64,000 bases of DNA from Chloroflexota bacterium. GTDB taxonomy: Bacteria > Chloroflexota > UBA11872 > VXNJ01. The stretch's first letter is position 1; each line of letters opens with the position of its first letter. The notes beneath the pieces are model-generated. The model ran no database searches and was not told where the DNA came from. It was given only the letters and a program-made list of their open reading frames with translations. The stretch covers positions 768,001-832,000 of the forward strand of contig OZ253449.1 in assembly GCA_965261345.1 (NCBI GenBank), read 5' to 3'. Shown here piece after piece: positions 53,755-64,000 of the stretch. The position numbers and the translations under genes were made by a program.

Positions 53755-55117
53755 TGGCAGGTCCCCGGTTTTGGTACCAGGTGGTTTGAGACATTGTCTT
53801 GTGGGAGGGTGCCGCCAGCTCTCCTGCAGGAGAGCTGGCGGCGAAGCTGATATTGCGGCCGCCCGTAGCACCCACGAAGACGGACGCCGGGCCGTCGATG
53901 AGGCCGGCCAGCAGCAGCCGGATTGCAACCGGAAGTTGATCCATCACGCCGCCGCCTCGATCGCTTCCAGGGGCGCCAGGTAGCCGAGCGCCGAGTGCGG
54001 GCGCACGGTGTTGTAGTCGATCCGGAAGCGCTCCAGCATCACCCTGGCTTCTTCGAGGGTGAAGAATATCTCGCGGTCCAGGAGCTCGTCGCGGAGCTTG
54101 GATATGAACGATTCCGCATAGGCGTTCTCCCAGGGCGCTCCGGGCTTTATGTAGACGGTCTTGACGCTGTTGCCAGATAGCCATTGCCTTATCGCTTTGG
54201 CGGTAAATTCGGGGCCGTTGTCAGAGCGGATGTGCTCGGGGACCCCGTGGATGAGCATGAGGTCGGCGATTGTCTCGATCACGTCCCGGGCAGGGAAGGA
54301 TCGGGCCGCCCGGGCCGCTAAGGCCACGCGGGTGAACTCATCGACCACGGTAAGGATCCGCAGTGGTCTGCCGTCCTCGGTGCGCTCGTAGGTAAAGTCG
54401 TAGGCCCAGACGTGATTCGGGCGCTCGGCCATAAGCCGCGTAGAGCGTCCGTTCTCCAGCCAGAGGCGCGACTTCTTGACCTTTCGGATCGGGACCTTAA
54501 GGCCCTGCGCGCGCCAGATGCGCAATACCCGTTTGCGGTTCAGTTTCCAGCCCGAGTGTTTAAGCAGGGCGGTGATGCGCTTGTAGCCATAGCGGGGGTG
54601 CTTGAGGGAAAGCATCCTGATCTCGGCGGTGAGGTTGTCCTCTTCCGGATCGGGTTTTGGGATGTAGCGCTGGGTGCGGCGCGATTGGCCCAGCACCCGG
54701 CAGGCTCTTCGTTCAGACACCGGGAACTTGGCCCGGACGTGGTCGACGCACTTGCGCCGCCGCTCCGGGCTTAGAAGTTTCCCGAGGCCGTCTCTTTCAG
54801 GATCTGGTTGTCGAGCGTTAGATCGGCCACCGCGTGTTTTAAGCGCTTGTTCTCCTCGCGCAGGCGCTTGTTCTCCTTGGCCTCGGCGAGCGTCATCCCG
54901 CCGTAGCGGGAGCGCCAGCGGTAATAGGTCTGGACGTTGATCGCCGCCTTGCGGCAGCTCTGCTCGACGGTGTCGCCCTGGGCGACACCAAGCTCTATGG
55001 CCCGGAGCTTGTTGATGATCTGTTCGGGCGAGTACTTTCGCTTCGCCATTGCAGTCCCCTTTCGTTGGAACCAGATTATTCACATTCCCTCTGGTACCAA
55101 TGAGGGGGAGCCGGCCA
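53755..55117 (-). mobile_element. IS3 family element (IS407-group-like)
   Basis: Imperfect IRs TGGC(A/C)GG..CCCC....TTGGTACCAG; 4-bp target duplication CTAC at 53751-54 and 55118-21. Confidence 0.93.
53944..55049 (-). CDS. IS3 transposase OrfAB (OrfA 54771-55049, OrfB DDE; -1 frameshift)
   Basis: OrfA HTH/leucine zipper; slippery G GGA AAC before the OrfA stop; OrfB WAYDF, SDNGPEF, ENAYAESF, RPHSALGY. Confidence 0.93.
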
Positions 55118-55890
55118 CTACGTCATTGCCGCCGATGTGTTTGCGGCCTCCGCAGGTCGGTCGTGGCGGGTGGAGCTGGATGTATCGTGCGGCCATGGAG
55201 CAGATCATCGGATTTCGCAAGCAGGGGTCGGTCCCGCGAATCGATCCATGCATTCCCCGGGAATGGGAGCAATTCGAAATTACCTATCGACACGGCGCCG
55301 CCACCTACCAGAATGCCGTTGCGAACCCGAACGGGGTCTGCCGAGGCGTAGTGCAGGTCAGTCTGGATGGGACCGAGCTTGATCCCGACGGGCTGGTACC
55401 CCTGTCCGCGGATGGGTCCGAACATTCCGTCCGGGTGATCCTCGGCTAGCCGCGGCTGCGAACCCAAACGTCCTAGTCGGGGCGGGCATGGGCGCGGCCG
55501 ATTGACCTACCGCGGCCCATTGCGTCGGCCCGCGACAACTTCCACGTCCCGAAAAGTCGAAGCTGCCCCAATAGCTGGCAGCGATCGCGTCACGCCGAGG
55601 CAATGGTTTGGCGATGGTCAATCTCCTGCTGCTGACAGCGGCGATCCAACATCCGGAACGCGTTGGTGGTTCCCTTTTCGCCGATCGTCGAACCCCGGGT
55701 TCCCACCTTCGAACTGACAACCCCTGCGCAGATGGGTTTATAAGGCCGGACCGGCGGTTTTCCAAGAAATGACGATAGCGATCCTGGCCGGTCGCGTCCG
55801 CCGGTGGAATAACTTTCGCTGATCCGACTCGACGCATCACAAAATGAATGTGAAAACCCGCCAGCAATTTCCCTGAGCGACAAACCTGCG

Positions 55891-56739
55891 ATGGAACTAA
55901 TTGACAGCCACCACCACCTCTGGCTAATTGATGAAATGGAGCTCGAATGGCTCAGCGCCCAAGCCCGCGCCGAGCGGGGTCCACTGATCGCCGACTTCGG
56001 GTTGAGTCAAATGGCCGAAACCCTCGGACCGGTGGGGGTTACCGGGTCGGTGCTAATCGAGGCCTGGCATCGCGACCCGGACGTGATTCACTGGCTGCGG
56101 GAGGCCGAGAGATGCGCGAGCATTTGCGCGGTAATTGCCTGGGCGCCGTTGGACAGTCCCGACCTGGACCGGTGGCTGGATCGTTATGGCCAGTTCAGCA
56201 AATATCGTGGCCTACGTCTCAACAGCCAGGACGAGCAGGACCCGGACTTTCTACAACGAGCCGACATTGCGGCAGGAATTGAGAAATTAGCGGCGCGCAG
56301 CGGGTCAACGCTCGACCTCCTCATCAAGCTCGGTGACCTAAAAGATGTTCCCGGCCTCTGTTACCGCTTCGCCGAGCTGCCGATGGTGCTTGATCACCTG
56401 GCCAAACCGCAAACCTACCAGCCGGGTTACTTTGAGGTCTGGAGCAAGTTGATGCGCCCGTTGGTCGATATTCCAAATATCGTATTCAAACTCTCCGGAA
56501 TGCTCACCGAAGCCGGTCCCGACCCCGAGATCGGCCAGCTGGCCCGGCCAATCCGGTTCATGCTGGAAAACTTCGGTCCGGAAAGGCTAATGTGGGGCAG
56601 TGACTGGCCGGTCTGCCTCAATGCCAACAGCTATGCCAAGACGTACGAAATGATGGTCGGCGCCATCGGGCCGCTAACCGATTCCGAACGCCGAGCAATC
56701 TTCTCGCAGACCGCCCGCAGCCACTACCAGATTGGGTAA
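55891..56739 (+). CDS. Amidohydrolase (L-fuconolactonase-like)
   Basis: IDSHHHLW, LDHLAKP, KLSG, FGPERLMWGSDWPV. Confidence 0.88.
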   Translation: MELIDSHHHLWLIDEMELEWLSAQARAERGPLIADFGLSQMAETLGPVGVTGSVLIEAWHRDPDVIHWLREAERCASICAVIAWAPLDSPDLDRWLDRYGQFSKYRGLRLNSQDEQDPDFLQRADIAAGIEKLAARSGSTLDLLIKLGDLKDVPGLCYRFAELPMVLDHLAKPQTYQPGYFEVWSKLMRPLVDIPNIVFKLSGMLTEAGPDPEIGQLARPIRFMLENFGPERLMWGSDWPVCLNANSYAKTYEMMVGAIGPLTDSERRAIFSQTARSHYQIG

Positions 56740-56850
56740 CCACTCGGTTTACCGGCGGTACCCAATAATTGGCCTTGCTAGGTTTATCGATGGGTTGACC
56801 AGGCGCCGGTCGCGAGATTGACCCGGCGCGGTTGAAGGGAGCAGATTTCG

Positions 56851-57978
56851 ATGGCGATTAGCAGTCCGCGTCAGGGTCGCACCAATCGGGCCAAATTGGC
56901 CACCCGGATCGTCGATTCCGACGTGCACCACGGCTTCGAAGACACGTCCGAGATGATGGCCTTCGTCCCTCCCGAGTACCGCGAGCGGACCAATTGGTAC
57001 GGCTTGGGGCCGCAGTTTAACCCGGTCCAGAACAACGGCGGGGTCAACGGCGGGCGCGGCGACCTGGCGTTCGACTACCCCGAAATCCCGGTCAGCACGC
57101 GCGAAGGATCGCTTAGGCGTTGCCGGGAAACCCTGCTCGATCGCTACGATATCGACTTGGCAATCCTTACCGGCGGACAAATGTACAGCCAGGCGGGCGG
57201 TATGGACTCCCAATACGGATCGATCCTCTGTCGCGCCTACAACGACTGGACGCGCCGGCACTGGCTCGATGAGGACGACCGGCTCCGCTACGCGATGGCA
57301 ATCGTGCCACTCGATCCGCAGGGCGCTGTGGCCGAGATCGAGCGTCTGGCGGACGATCCCCGAGTGGTGGCGGTGCAGGTCAACTGCGGATCGCTGCGAC
57401 CATGGGGAAACCCCATGTTCCACCCGGTCTGGGAAGCCTGCGCCAAGGCCGACTTGACGCTGCAGTTGCATTTGGGCGGCGAAGGAACCGGGATCAATGC
57501 CGACATGACCTCGGCCGGATTTCCAACCCACTATGTTGAACGCCGAATGGCCGAACCCGGTTTCTATTTGCCCCATCTGGCCAGCTTCATTTTTGAGGGG
57601 GTGTTTGCCAAATTCCCCAACCTGAAATTGGTGCTGGCTGAATCGGGTTTTACCTGCCTGCCGCACTACCTCTGGCGGATGGACGCTTCCTGGAAGGGGC
57701 TGCGCCACCAGGTTCCCTGGATAAACGAGCTGCCCAGCGAGATCTTCTTCCGGCACGTGTGGGTAACCACCCAACCGATGTACGAATACGACGAGGACCA
57801 AGGCAACCTGCGAAAGGTTATGGAGTGGATCCGCGGCGAGCAGACCTTGATCTACGCCAGCGACTATCCGCACTGGGACTGGGACGACCCCGCCGACGCG
57901 TACCGCACATTTCCGGCGGCGGCGCGCGAGCGGGTCTTCCACCAAAACGCGATCGAAGCCTATCCGCGATTAAGTTGA
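56851..57978 (+). CDS. Amidohydrolase_2 fold metalloenzyme
   Basis: DSDVH, RAYNDW, LHLG, ESG, ASDYPHWD. Confidence 0.88.
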   Translation: MAISSPRQGRTNRAKLATRIVDSDVHHGFEDTSEMMAFVPPEYRERTNWYGLGPQFNPVQNNGGVNGGRGDLAFDYPEIPVSTREGSLRRCRETLLDRYDIDLAILTGGQMYSQAGGMDSQYGSILCRAYNDWTRRHWLDEDDRLRYAMAIVPLDPQGAVAEIERLADDPRVVAVQVNCGSLRPWGNPMFHPVWEACAKADLTLQLHLGGEGTGINADMTSAGFPTHYVERRMAEPGFYLPHLASFIFEGVFAKFPNLKLVLAESGFTCLPHYLWRMDASWKGLRHQVPWINELPSEIFFRHVWVTTQPMYEYDEDQGNLRKVMEWIRGEQTLIYASDYPHWDWDDPADAYRTFPAAARERVFHQNAIEAYPRLS

Positions 57979-58400
57979 AAACTGCGGCAAAACGGGCTCA
58001 TGTCGTCTGTCGTGCCGATCAGTTGCCCGACGGGGAACGGGTCGTGGCCAAGTGCGGATCGATCGAGATTGGCGTCTTCAATCTGGGCGGAGAATACTTT
58101 GCCCTGTTAAATCGCTGTCCCCACAAGTCGGCGCCACTGTGCAAGGGATACCAGCGCGGTCATTTCACCGCGGATGCGCCGCGGCAGATCAGGATGTCGT
58201 CGGCAAAGGAAGTGATCATGTGCCCGTGGCACGGCTGGGAATTTGAAATCCGCACCGGGCGTTCCTACTTTAATCCGCACCGGGTGCGGGCGCGTTCCTA
58301 TGAGGCAGGCAAGGTCCCTGGCCAGGACCTGGCTGATGACCCCACAGTGCCGACATTCGCAGTCCGCCGCAAAGACGAGTACATCGTCGTTTATGTCTAG
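57975..58400 (+). CDS. Rieske [2Fe-2S] ferredoxin
   Basis: CPHKSAPL...CPWHGWEF; TTG start overlaps the upstream stop. Confidence 0.9.
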   Translation: MKTAAKRAHVVCRADQLPDGERVVAKCGSIEIGVFNLGGEYFALLNRCPHKSAPLCKGYQRGHFTADAPRQIRMSSAKEVIMCPWHGWEFEIRTGRSYFNPHRVRARSYEAGKVPGQDLADDPTVPTFAVRRKDEYIVVYV

Positions 58401-58459
58401 TTATCACGAACCCGATCGCACGGCGCGGTCCAAGATACGAACTTGTCGCATCGGGCCCG

Positions 58460-59317
58460 ATGCGTAACTTGCGAATCGGCATTGCCCAGCTGAACCCGAC
58501 CCTGGGCGACCTGGAGAAAAACCTGCAGATGCACCTGCGTGAAATCGCCCGCGCCCGCCGGCAGGGTTGCGATCTGCTGGTGTTTCCGGAGCTCTCGCTG
58601 ACCGGCTACGTACTTGAAGATCTGGCCTATTCGGTCGGTCTGACCCGACAGGATCCGATGATCGCCGAATTGGTGGCCCAGTCGATCGACATCTCGCTAA
58701 TCGTCGGCTTCGTAGAACACACGGTCGATCACCAGTACCGGATCGCCAGCGCCTACCTGGAAGACGGGAAGATCCTGCATGTCCACCACAAGGTCTATTT
58801 GGTAACGTACGGGCTATTCGACGAGGGTCGCTATCTGGCCGCAGGCGATCGAATCCGGGCCTTTGATACGAAATTCGGCCGCCAGGCAATCCTGATCTGC
58901 GAAGACCTTTGGCACCCGTCGGCGCTGGTGGTTGCGGCCGCCGACGGAGCCGACGTGATCCATGCTCCGGCCGCCAGCCCGGGGCGCGGAATCGCCGGCG
59001 GCGCCGACGTCCTGGGTTCGGCCCGAACTTGGCATGACCTGACCCGCGTCTACGCGCAGATGCTGGTCTGTTACCTCAGTTTTGCCAACCGTACCGGTTA
59101 CGAGGACGGCATCAACTTCTTCGGCGGTTCGCAGTTGCTAGGGCCCAGCGGCTCCGTTTTGGCCGCCGCCGACGGATCGGATCCTGATCTGATCTGGGCC
59201 GACGTCTCCGACGCCGCCCTGCGCCGGGCGCGAATCGCCTCGCCACTGCGACGCGACGAAAAATCCGGGTTGACCCTGGCCGAGCTTTCCCGGATTCGGC
59301 AACGGCAGCTGCAGTGA
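58460..59317 (+). CDS. Nitrilase-family glutaminase subunit of a split NAD+ synthetase
   Basis: FPELSLTGY, HKVYL..YG.FDE.RY, ICEDLW (E-K-C triad); overlaps nadE. Confidence 0.88.
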   Translation: MRNLRIGIAQLNPTLGDLEKNLQMHLREIARARRQGCDLLVFPELSLTGYVLEDLAYSVGLTRQDPMIAELVAQSIDISLIVGFVEHTVDHQYRIASAYLEDGKILHVHHKVYLVTYGLFDEGRYLAAGDRIRAFDTKFGRQAILICEDLWHPSALVVAAADGADVIHAPAASPGRGIAGGADVLGSARTWHDLTRVYAQMLVCYLSFANRTGYEDGINFFGGSQLLGPSGSVLAAADGSDPDLIWADVSDAALRRARIASPLRRDEKSGLTLAELSRIRQRQLQ

Positions 59318-60180
59318 ACCCATTCGCCCGGGCCGGCCCCGGATTCGTGGCCGAACTGGATCGGACGCTCCAACTCGACGTTGACTTGGCCGAACAGATG
59401 CTGGTCGGATTCGTCCGCAACCAGGTTGGCAAGGTGGGATTTGAACGGGCGGTTATCGCCCTCTCGGGAGGGATCGATTCGGCGTTGTCGGCGATGCTGG
59501 CGGCCAGGGCACTGGGCCCAAAGAACGTGACCGCGGTGATGATGCCGTACCGGAAGAGCAACCCCGACAGCCGGGATCACGCCGAGTTGTTGGTCGCCCA
59601 GCTCGGGATCAAGGCCCAGCTGCGCGAGATCACGCCATTGGTGGATCCCTACTTTGCCGGCGAATCCGGGATAGGCAACCTGCGTCGCGGGAATGTGATG
59701 GCCAGGGCGCGGATGATGATCATCTACGACATGTCAGCGCGCTGCAACGGGTTGGTGATAGGCACCTCCAACAAGACTGAATTGTTGCTCGGCTACGGGA
59801 CCTTACACGGCGATATGGCCAGCGCGGTCAACCCGCTAGGCGACCTGTATAAGACCCAAGTCTTCGCGCTCGCAGAAGCCCTGGGGGCCCCGCCGCCGAT
59901 TCTGGCCAAGCCGCCCAGCGCCGACCTGTGGGAGGGACAGACCGACGAGGAAGAGCTGGGGCTTTCGTACCGCGACGTCGACCGCCTGTTGGTGCTGCTT
60001 ATTGATCGCCGGTTCAGCGCCCAGGAGGCGGTGTCGGAGGGGGTGGATGGCGACTTTGTTGCCCAGATCATGGACAAGATCCAAATCAATCAGTTCAAGC
60101 GCCGGCCACCGGTGATCGCCAAGCTTTCCGATCGCACGATTGAGCGCGAGTTTCGCTATCCGCGCGATTGGGGTGTCTAG
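59314..60180 (+). CDS. nadE: NAD+ synthetase
   Basis: LSGGIDS, GTSNKTE, DLYKTQV, PPSADL..GQTDE. Confidence 0.95.
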   Translation: MNPFARAGPGFVAELDRTLQLDVDLAEQMLVGFVRNQVGKVGFERAVIALSGGIDSALSAMLAARALGPKNVTAVMMPYRKSNPDSRDHAELLVAQLGIKAQLREITPLVDPYFAGESGIGNLRRGNVMARARMMIIYDMSARCNGLVIGTSNKTELLLGYGTLHGDMASAVNPLGDLYKTQVFALAEALGAPPPILAKPPSADLWEGQTDEEELGLSYRDVDRLLVLLIDRRFSAQEAVSEGVDGDFVAQIMDKIQINQFKRRPPVIAKLSDRTIEREFRYPRDWGV

Positions 60181-60266
60181 CTCGGGAATTGACTTTGCGA
60201 ATGGAGGCTGCGGGCAATTTCAGCGGATCCGATCGACCCGCAAGAAGCCATCCCGAACCCCGGGCC

Positions 60267-60343
60267 TGGTCGGGGCGGCCGGATTTGAACCGGCGACCTC
60301 CTGAACCCCATTCAGGTGCGCTTCCAGACTACGCCACGCCCCG
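60267..60343 (-). tRNA. tRNA-Pro(GGG)
   Basis: CGGGGCG...CCTGA-AT-GGG-GT-TCAGG...GGTTCAAATCC...CGCCCCG-ACCA. Confidence 0.95.
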
Positions 60344-60385
60344 CTAACGGAAGATTATCCGCACTCGGCCCCGAGGACCGACGGC

Positions 60386-60736
60386 CTAATCCCCGAAAGC
60401 GCTGTTTGTGCCGGACGCGTAATCGGCGCGCGGCGGCGAAAAAATATCCAGGGCGATCGCGCTGCCGCCCACGGGGGCGGCCGAATGGCGGGCATTGGCG
60501 GGGATAAAGAAGAAATCGCCGGCTCCGAGCAGGTGCTCCTGCCCGTCGATTACGAAGCGGACTCGACCGGAGATCACCAGGCCCGCTTGTAAGTTGGGAT
60601 GCGAATGCTCAGGCACATCCGCCCCTTCGGCGAATTCCACGTAGGAGAGCATCAAGTCATTTTCGGTGGCGATCCGTGCCTCAACGCCGTCGATTAATCG
60701 CAGCGGCTTCAGGTCGGCTAGTTGATACGAGGGCAT
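60386..60736 (-). CDS. Cupin domain protein
   Basis: PEHSHP..Q, IPANARH, DIFSPPR. Confidence 0.88.
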   Translation of the reverse strand: MPSYQLADLKPLRLIDGVEARIATENDLMLSYVEFAEGADVPEHSHPNLQAGLVISGRVRFVIDGQEHLLGAGDFFFIPANARHSAAPVGGSAIALDIFSPPRADYASGTNSAFGD

Positions 60737-60771
60737 TCTTACGGCCTGACTGACTGGTTCTTCCCGATCAT

Positions 60772-61500
60772 TTAAACAATTACGGTTCCGCCGCGCACCA
60801 CTTCGATGTCGTTACCCCAACGCTGCCCGGTCTCAGGATTGATGGCACGGGTAGGACTGAACTGGACGACGTAGGCGCGCCGGGGAGCGTTACTGGTGTT
60901 GGGCCCCGAGCGGTGCAGGCAGAGTGACGAGAAGACGGCAAACGCACCTTTTGGCAACTCGCAGGGAACCCCTTCGGCATCGCCCTGGTAACCAACCTTG
61001 TCGCCGCTTTGCTCATCGACTAGGTGTTTTTGCAGACCCCAGCGATGCGATCCCGGAATGACCCAGATGGTCCCGTTGGCAACGCTGGCATCCTCAAGCG
61101 GAATCCACAGGGTCAGGTATTCGAGCGGTTCGATCGGGACATATCCACTGTCCTGGTGCCAGGAAAACGATCCCCCGGTCTTCGGGGCCTTGGTTACCGC
61201 CTGGTTCCAATACAAACGCACGTCGGGCCCCAGCAGGCTGCCGGCCAGTTCAGCCAATCCACGTGAGAGCGCCAGACGCCGCCCGGCGTCGGATTGGGCG
61301 TGTATGTGGGCGATGAAGTTGCGACCCTGGTGGGATATTCCGACCCGCTCGCCGGTCGCCCCCAGATCCGCATCCTGCCTGGCCCGCAGGCGCTCGAAAT
61401 CCCGGGCCACCTCGTCTAGTAATTCATGATCGAGCACCGGCGGAGTGATGAAATATCCTTCGCTGCAAAATTTCTGCAGTTCTTGCTCGGTTGGAATCAA
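60772..61500 (-). CDS. PhyH-family Fe(II)/2-oxoglutarate dioxygenase (start uncertain)
   Basis: WHQD, WIPL, NG...IPGSH, HRSGPN...RRAY. Confidence 0.9.
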   Translation of the reverse strand: MIPTEQELQKFCSEGYFITPPVLDHELLDEVARDFERLRARQDADLGATGERVGISHQGRNFIAHIHAQSDAGRRLALSRGLAELAGSLLGPDVRLYWNQAVTKAPKTGGSFSWHQDSGYVPIEPLEYLTLWIPLEDASVANGTIWVIPGSHRWGLQKHLVDEQSGDKVGYQGDAEGVPCELPKGAFAVFSSLCLHRSGPNTSNAPRRAYVVQFSPTRAINPETGQRWGNDIEVVRGGTVIV

Positions 61501-61672
61501 TTCGGTACCGCCAAACCTCGACCCGTCGGTTGTTTTGGTTTCCAATTTTGACACCAGACTTCCGGCGATCCCCTCTCGTTTTTGAAGAAATCGCCACCGG
61601 GACCGGTCGATATTGTGGCTAGACTGCGCGGAGCCGAACATGAAAATCCCAAGCGCACTGGAGTCAACCGCG

Positions 61673-62650
61673 ATGCCAAAGGCATTAATGGGCCGGCCAA
61701 TGGCCGAGTCATGGTTGCAAAAGACCCAACTCGACCGAATGCGGAGCGCCGGCTGGGAAATCGTAGTTTCGACCGCCGGTCCGCCGCTGAGCGAGGCCGA
61801 TTTAATCGCCGATATCGCCGGGGTAAATTACATATTCGCCAACGGCCGCGACGACCTTAACGCCAGGGTAATTGCCGCCGGCACCGATTTGCGTGGGATT
61901 TTCCGCACCGGCGTCGGGGTTGACATGGTCGACTTGGAGGCTGCCGCCAAGCGCGGGATTCCAGTCTGCAACACCCCGGGAGCCAACAGCGAAACGGTGG
62001 CTGACATGGCCCTGACAATGATGCTGATTCTGCAACGGCGGATTTTTGAGCTGGATGCGGCCATGCGCGAAGGGCGCTGGCATCAGATCCTTGCCCACAA
62101 CCTACACGACAAGTCCCTGGGAATCATCGGGCTGGGGCACATCGGGCAAGCGGTGGCCCGTCGGGCGCAGGCATTTCGCATGGACGTGTGCGGGTATGAC
62201 CCCTACATCCCGGACGTGGTTCTGGCCGATTTGAACATCGCCCGCGTGAGCGACGTTAACGGACTATTTGCCAATGTCGACGTGGTGTCCATTCACGCTC
62301 CGGCAACCGGCGGCACCCACCACATCGTCAATGCCCAGACACTCTCGCTCATGCGCAAGGACGCGATCTTAATCAACGCCTCACGCGGCGATCTCGTAAA
62401 CGAACCGGACCTGCTCGCCGCCCTCCAGGACGGCACGATCGCTGGAGCCGGTCTCGACGTATTCTGGAACGAACCGGCCTTTGACCCCCGCTTTGGGCAG
62501 CTCCGCAACGTGGTCTTGACCCCCCACGTGGCCGGCAATACGGTTGAAACAACCGCCGCAACCGCCCACGCCTGCGTCGACAACGCGCTGGCGGTGGAGG
62601 CCGGCAATTGGCCGCGCGCGGTGGTTGTCAACGGGATCTACTCCGACTGA
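61673..62650 (+). CDS. Phosphoglycerate-dehydrogenase-like D-2-hydroxyacid dehydrogenase
   Basis: GVGVD, NTPGAN, GLGHIG, NASRG, GLDVF..EP, TPHVAG. Confidence 0.9.
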   Translation: MPKALMGRPMAESWLQKTQLDRMRSAGWEIVVSTAGPPLSEADLIADIAGVNYIFANGRDDLNARVIAAGTDLRGIFRTGVGVDMVDLEAAAKRGIPVCNTPGANSETVADMALTMMLILQRRIFELDAAMREGRWHQILAHNLHDKSLGIIGLGHIGQAVARRAQAFRMDVCGYDPYIPDVVLADLNIARVSDVNGLFANVDVVSIHAPATGGTHHIVNAQTLSLMRKDAILINASRGDLVNEPDLLAALQDGTIAGAGLDVFWNEPAFDPRFGQLRNVVLTPHVAGNTVETTAATAHACVDNALAVEAGNWPRAVVVNGIYSD

Positions 62651-62660
62651 ACCGCTAACC

Positions 62661-63509
62661 GTGGGGGCGCTCTTCGTGGTGGCCACCCCGATCGGCAACC
62701 TCGGTGACGCCGCGCCGCGAATGGCCGAACTGCTCGGCCAAGTTAGCTGCATCTTTGCCGAGGACACACGACGGACCCGACGGTTGCTCTCACACCTTGG
62801 GATCAGGACCCGCATGTTGAGCCTGCACGGCAATTCGCCCGAATCGGCATGGCGAGCCGCGCTCGACCGGCTCTCCGAAGGCGATGTCGCCTACGTGTCC
62901 GATGCCGGGACCCCGACGGTCTCCGATCCCGGCGCGCGACTGGTCGCCCTGGCCCACCAACATGGAATCGCGGTCCATTCAATCCCGGGACCCTCGGCGG
63001 TCACCGCGGCACTGTCGGTATCCGGAGTGGAGTCCGGCGGCCACGTGTTCTTAGGGTTTTTGCCCGAGCGCAAGACAAGACGCCTGGAACTGCTGGACGC
63101 GGCGGTTAGCACCCGGTTGCCGCTGGTGGTTTTCTGCGGGCCGCACGACGCGCCCGCAACCCTGGCCGAATTGGCCGAGGTCCTTGGTCCCGATACCGGA
63201 GTGACTATCTGCCACGAGCTGACCAAGTTCAACGAGAAGACGGTCCGCACCCGCCTGGGCAGGGCCCCGCACCTGGAGGTGATCAAGCTTGGCCGCGGCG
63301 AAAAAACGCTGGTCATCGACCCGATTTCGATTGGGCCCCAGGCCCCAGCGGAACCCTTGCTCCGCCAAGAGCTTGCTGGTCTGCGGACGGCGGGTTATTC
63401 ACTCAGTTCGGCGGCCCGCCAACTGGCGGCCCGGTATGGCCTGCCCAAGCAGGAGATATACCGGCTGGGACTTCCTGATCCGAACCCCGAGCGTGCTGAC
63501 CCCAAATAG
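62661..63509 (+). CDS. rsmI: 16S rRNA C1402 2'-O-methyltransferase
   Basis: VATPIGNLGD, AEDTR, SDAGTP.VSDPG, PGPSA, ELTK. Confidence 0.95.
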   Translation: MGALFVVATPIGNLGDAAPRMAELLGQVSCIFAEDTRRTRRLLSHLGIRTRMLSLHGNSPESAWRAALDRLSEGDVAYVSDAGTPTVSDPGARLVALAHQHGIAVHSIPGPSAVTAALSVSGVESGGHVFLGFLPERKTRRLELLDAAVSTRLPLVVFCGPHDAPATLAELAEVLGPDTGVTICHELTKFNEKTVRTRLGRAPHLEVIKLGRGEKTLVIDPISIGPQAPAEPLLRQELAGLRTAGYSLSSAARQLAARYGLPKQEIYRLGLPDPNPERADPK

Positions 63510-64000
63510 CAGCGCCGAGCTGGCGGCGGCGGTCGCCGGCTGCCGGAATCCGCTGGGGGTAGTTGAGGGCTGGGGGACACCCTGGTCGCGAGCTAAACCC
63601 TCGGACCTGGAGCTGGAAATCAGTCTCGCGTCGATGGACCGTCTGCTCGTGCTATCTCCCAAAGACCTGACCTGCCGGGTAGAGATCGGCATCGCCCACT
63701 CGGCCCTGGCCGATGTTCTCGGCCACGCCGAATTGGAATGGCCGCTTGATCCGCTGCCCGGGCATTTGCTTCTGGCATCCACCTATTTGTCCGGGGCGGC
63801 GCGCGCCGGGAGCGGAATATTTTCCAATCCACGCGACTGGATCCTGGGATCAACTCTGGTCAGCGGCCGCGGTGAGCTGGTAACCAGCGGTGGGGCCACC
63901 CTGAAAAACTCGGCCGGCTACGACCTTGGCCGCAGTTTTTTCGGGAGCATGGGTTTGGCGGTTATCCCGGCGCAGTTGCAGCTGCGCCTCCGGCGCCGGC
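63493..64000 (+). CDS. FAD-binding oxidoreductase, GlcD/GlcE-like (partial; absent from the ORF track)
   Basis: Manual translation gives DLTCRVE, RDWILG, SGGATLKNSAGYDL..FFGSMG. Confidence 0.8.
   Translation, partial: MLTPNSSAELAAAVAGCRNPLGVVEGWGTPWSRAKPSDLELEISLASMDRLLVLSPKDLTCRVEIGIAHSALADVLGHAELEWPLDPLPGHLLLASTYLSGAARAGSGIFSNPRDWILGSTLVSGRGELVTSGGATLKNSAGYDLGRSFFGSMGLAVIPAQLQLRLRRR

Larger units (their letters stand above)
48385..55449 (+). pseudogene. GH94 glycoside phosphorylase (NdvB / cyclic beta-1,2-glucan synthase C-terminal-like), fragmented: 48385-50267, 53570-53754, 55122-55449
   Basis: [80 protein letters not shown]; several frameshifts and stops. Confidence 0.9.

Noticed and set aside
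55450-55890. Possible ncRNA or riboswitch in the 440-nt intergenic region
   Set aside because: No recognisable motif or convincing structure by eye.
58460-60180. Split glutamine-dependent NAD synthetase as a novelty
   Set aside because: Two-subunit arrangement is already described (for example in Thermus).

Overview
High-GC bacterial chromosome segment; the protein repertoire suggests Chloroflexota (inference). From 1 to 45 kb and 56 to 64 kb it holds housekeeping and metabolic genes: fdh, chrA, a ftsE-ftsX-ftsE'-envC-ctpA cluster, frameshifted prfB, secA, dnaB, rplI, rho, nadD, rsfS, mutS2, rnc, ilvE, a degenerate Lon, tatB, split nadE, rsmI and three tRNAs. Just downstream of two tRNA-Ser genes, 45.5-55.5 kb is a decayed GH94 gene carrying five mobile elements: three IS110 bridge-recombinase elements, a group II intron and an IS3. 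The bridge-RNA guide loops of all three IS110s can be read directly and match their donor junctions and insertion sites. The main finding is that IS110-A's target guide (CCTGTACCT / TTTAAAG) spells the core and left end of the unrelated IS110-B, and A sits exactly there. It appears to be an RNA-guided IS programmed to parasitise another RNA-guided IS. All alignments and structures were read by eye; no searches were run.
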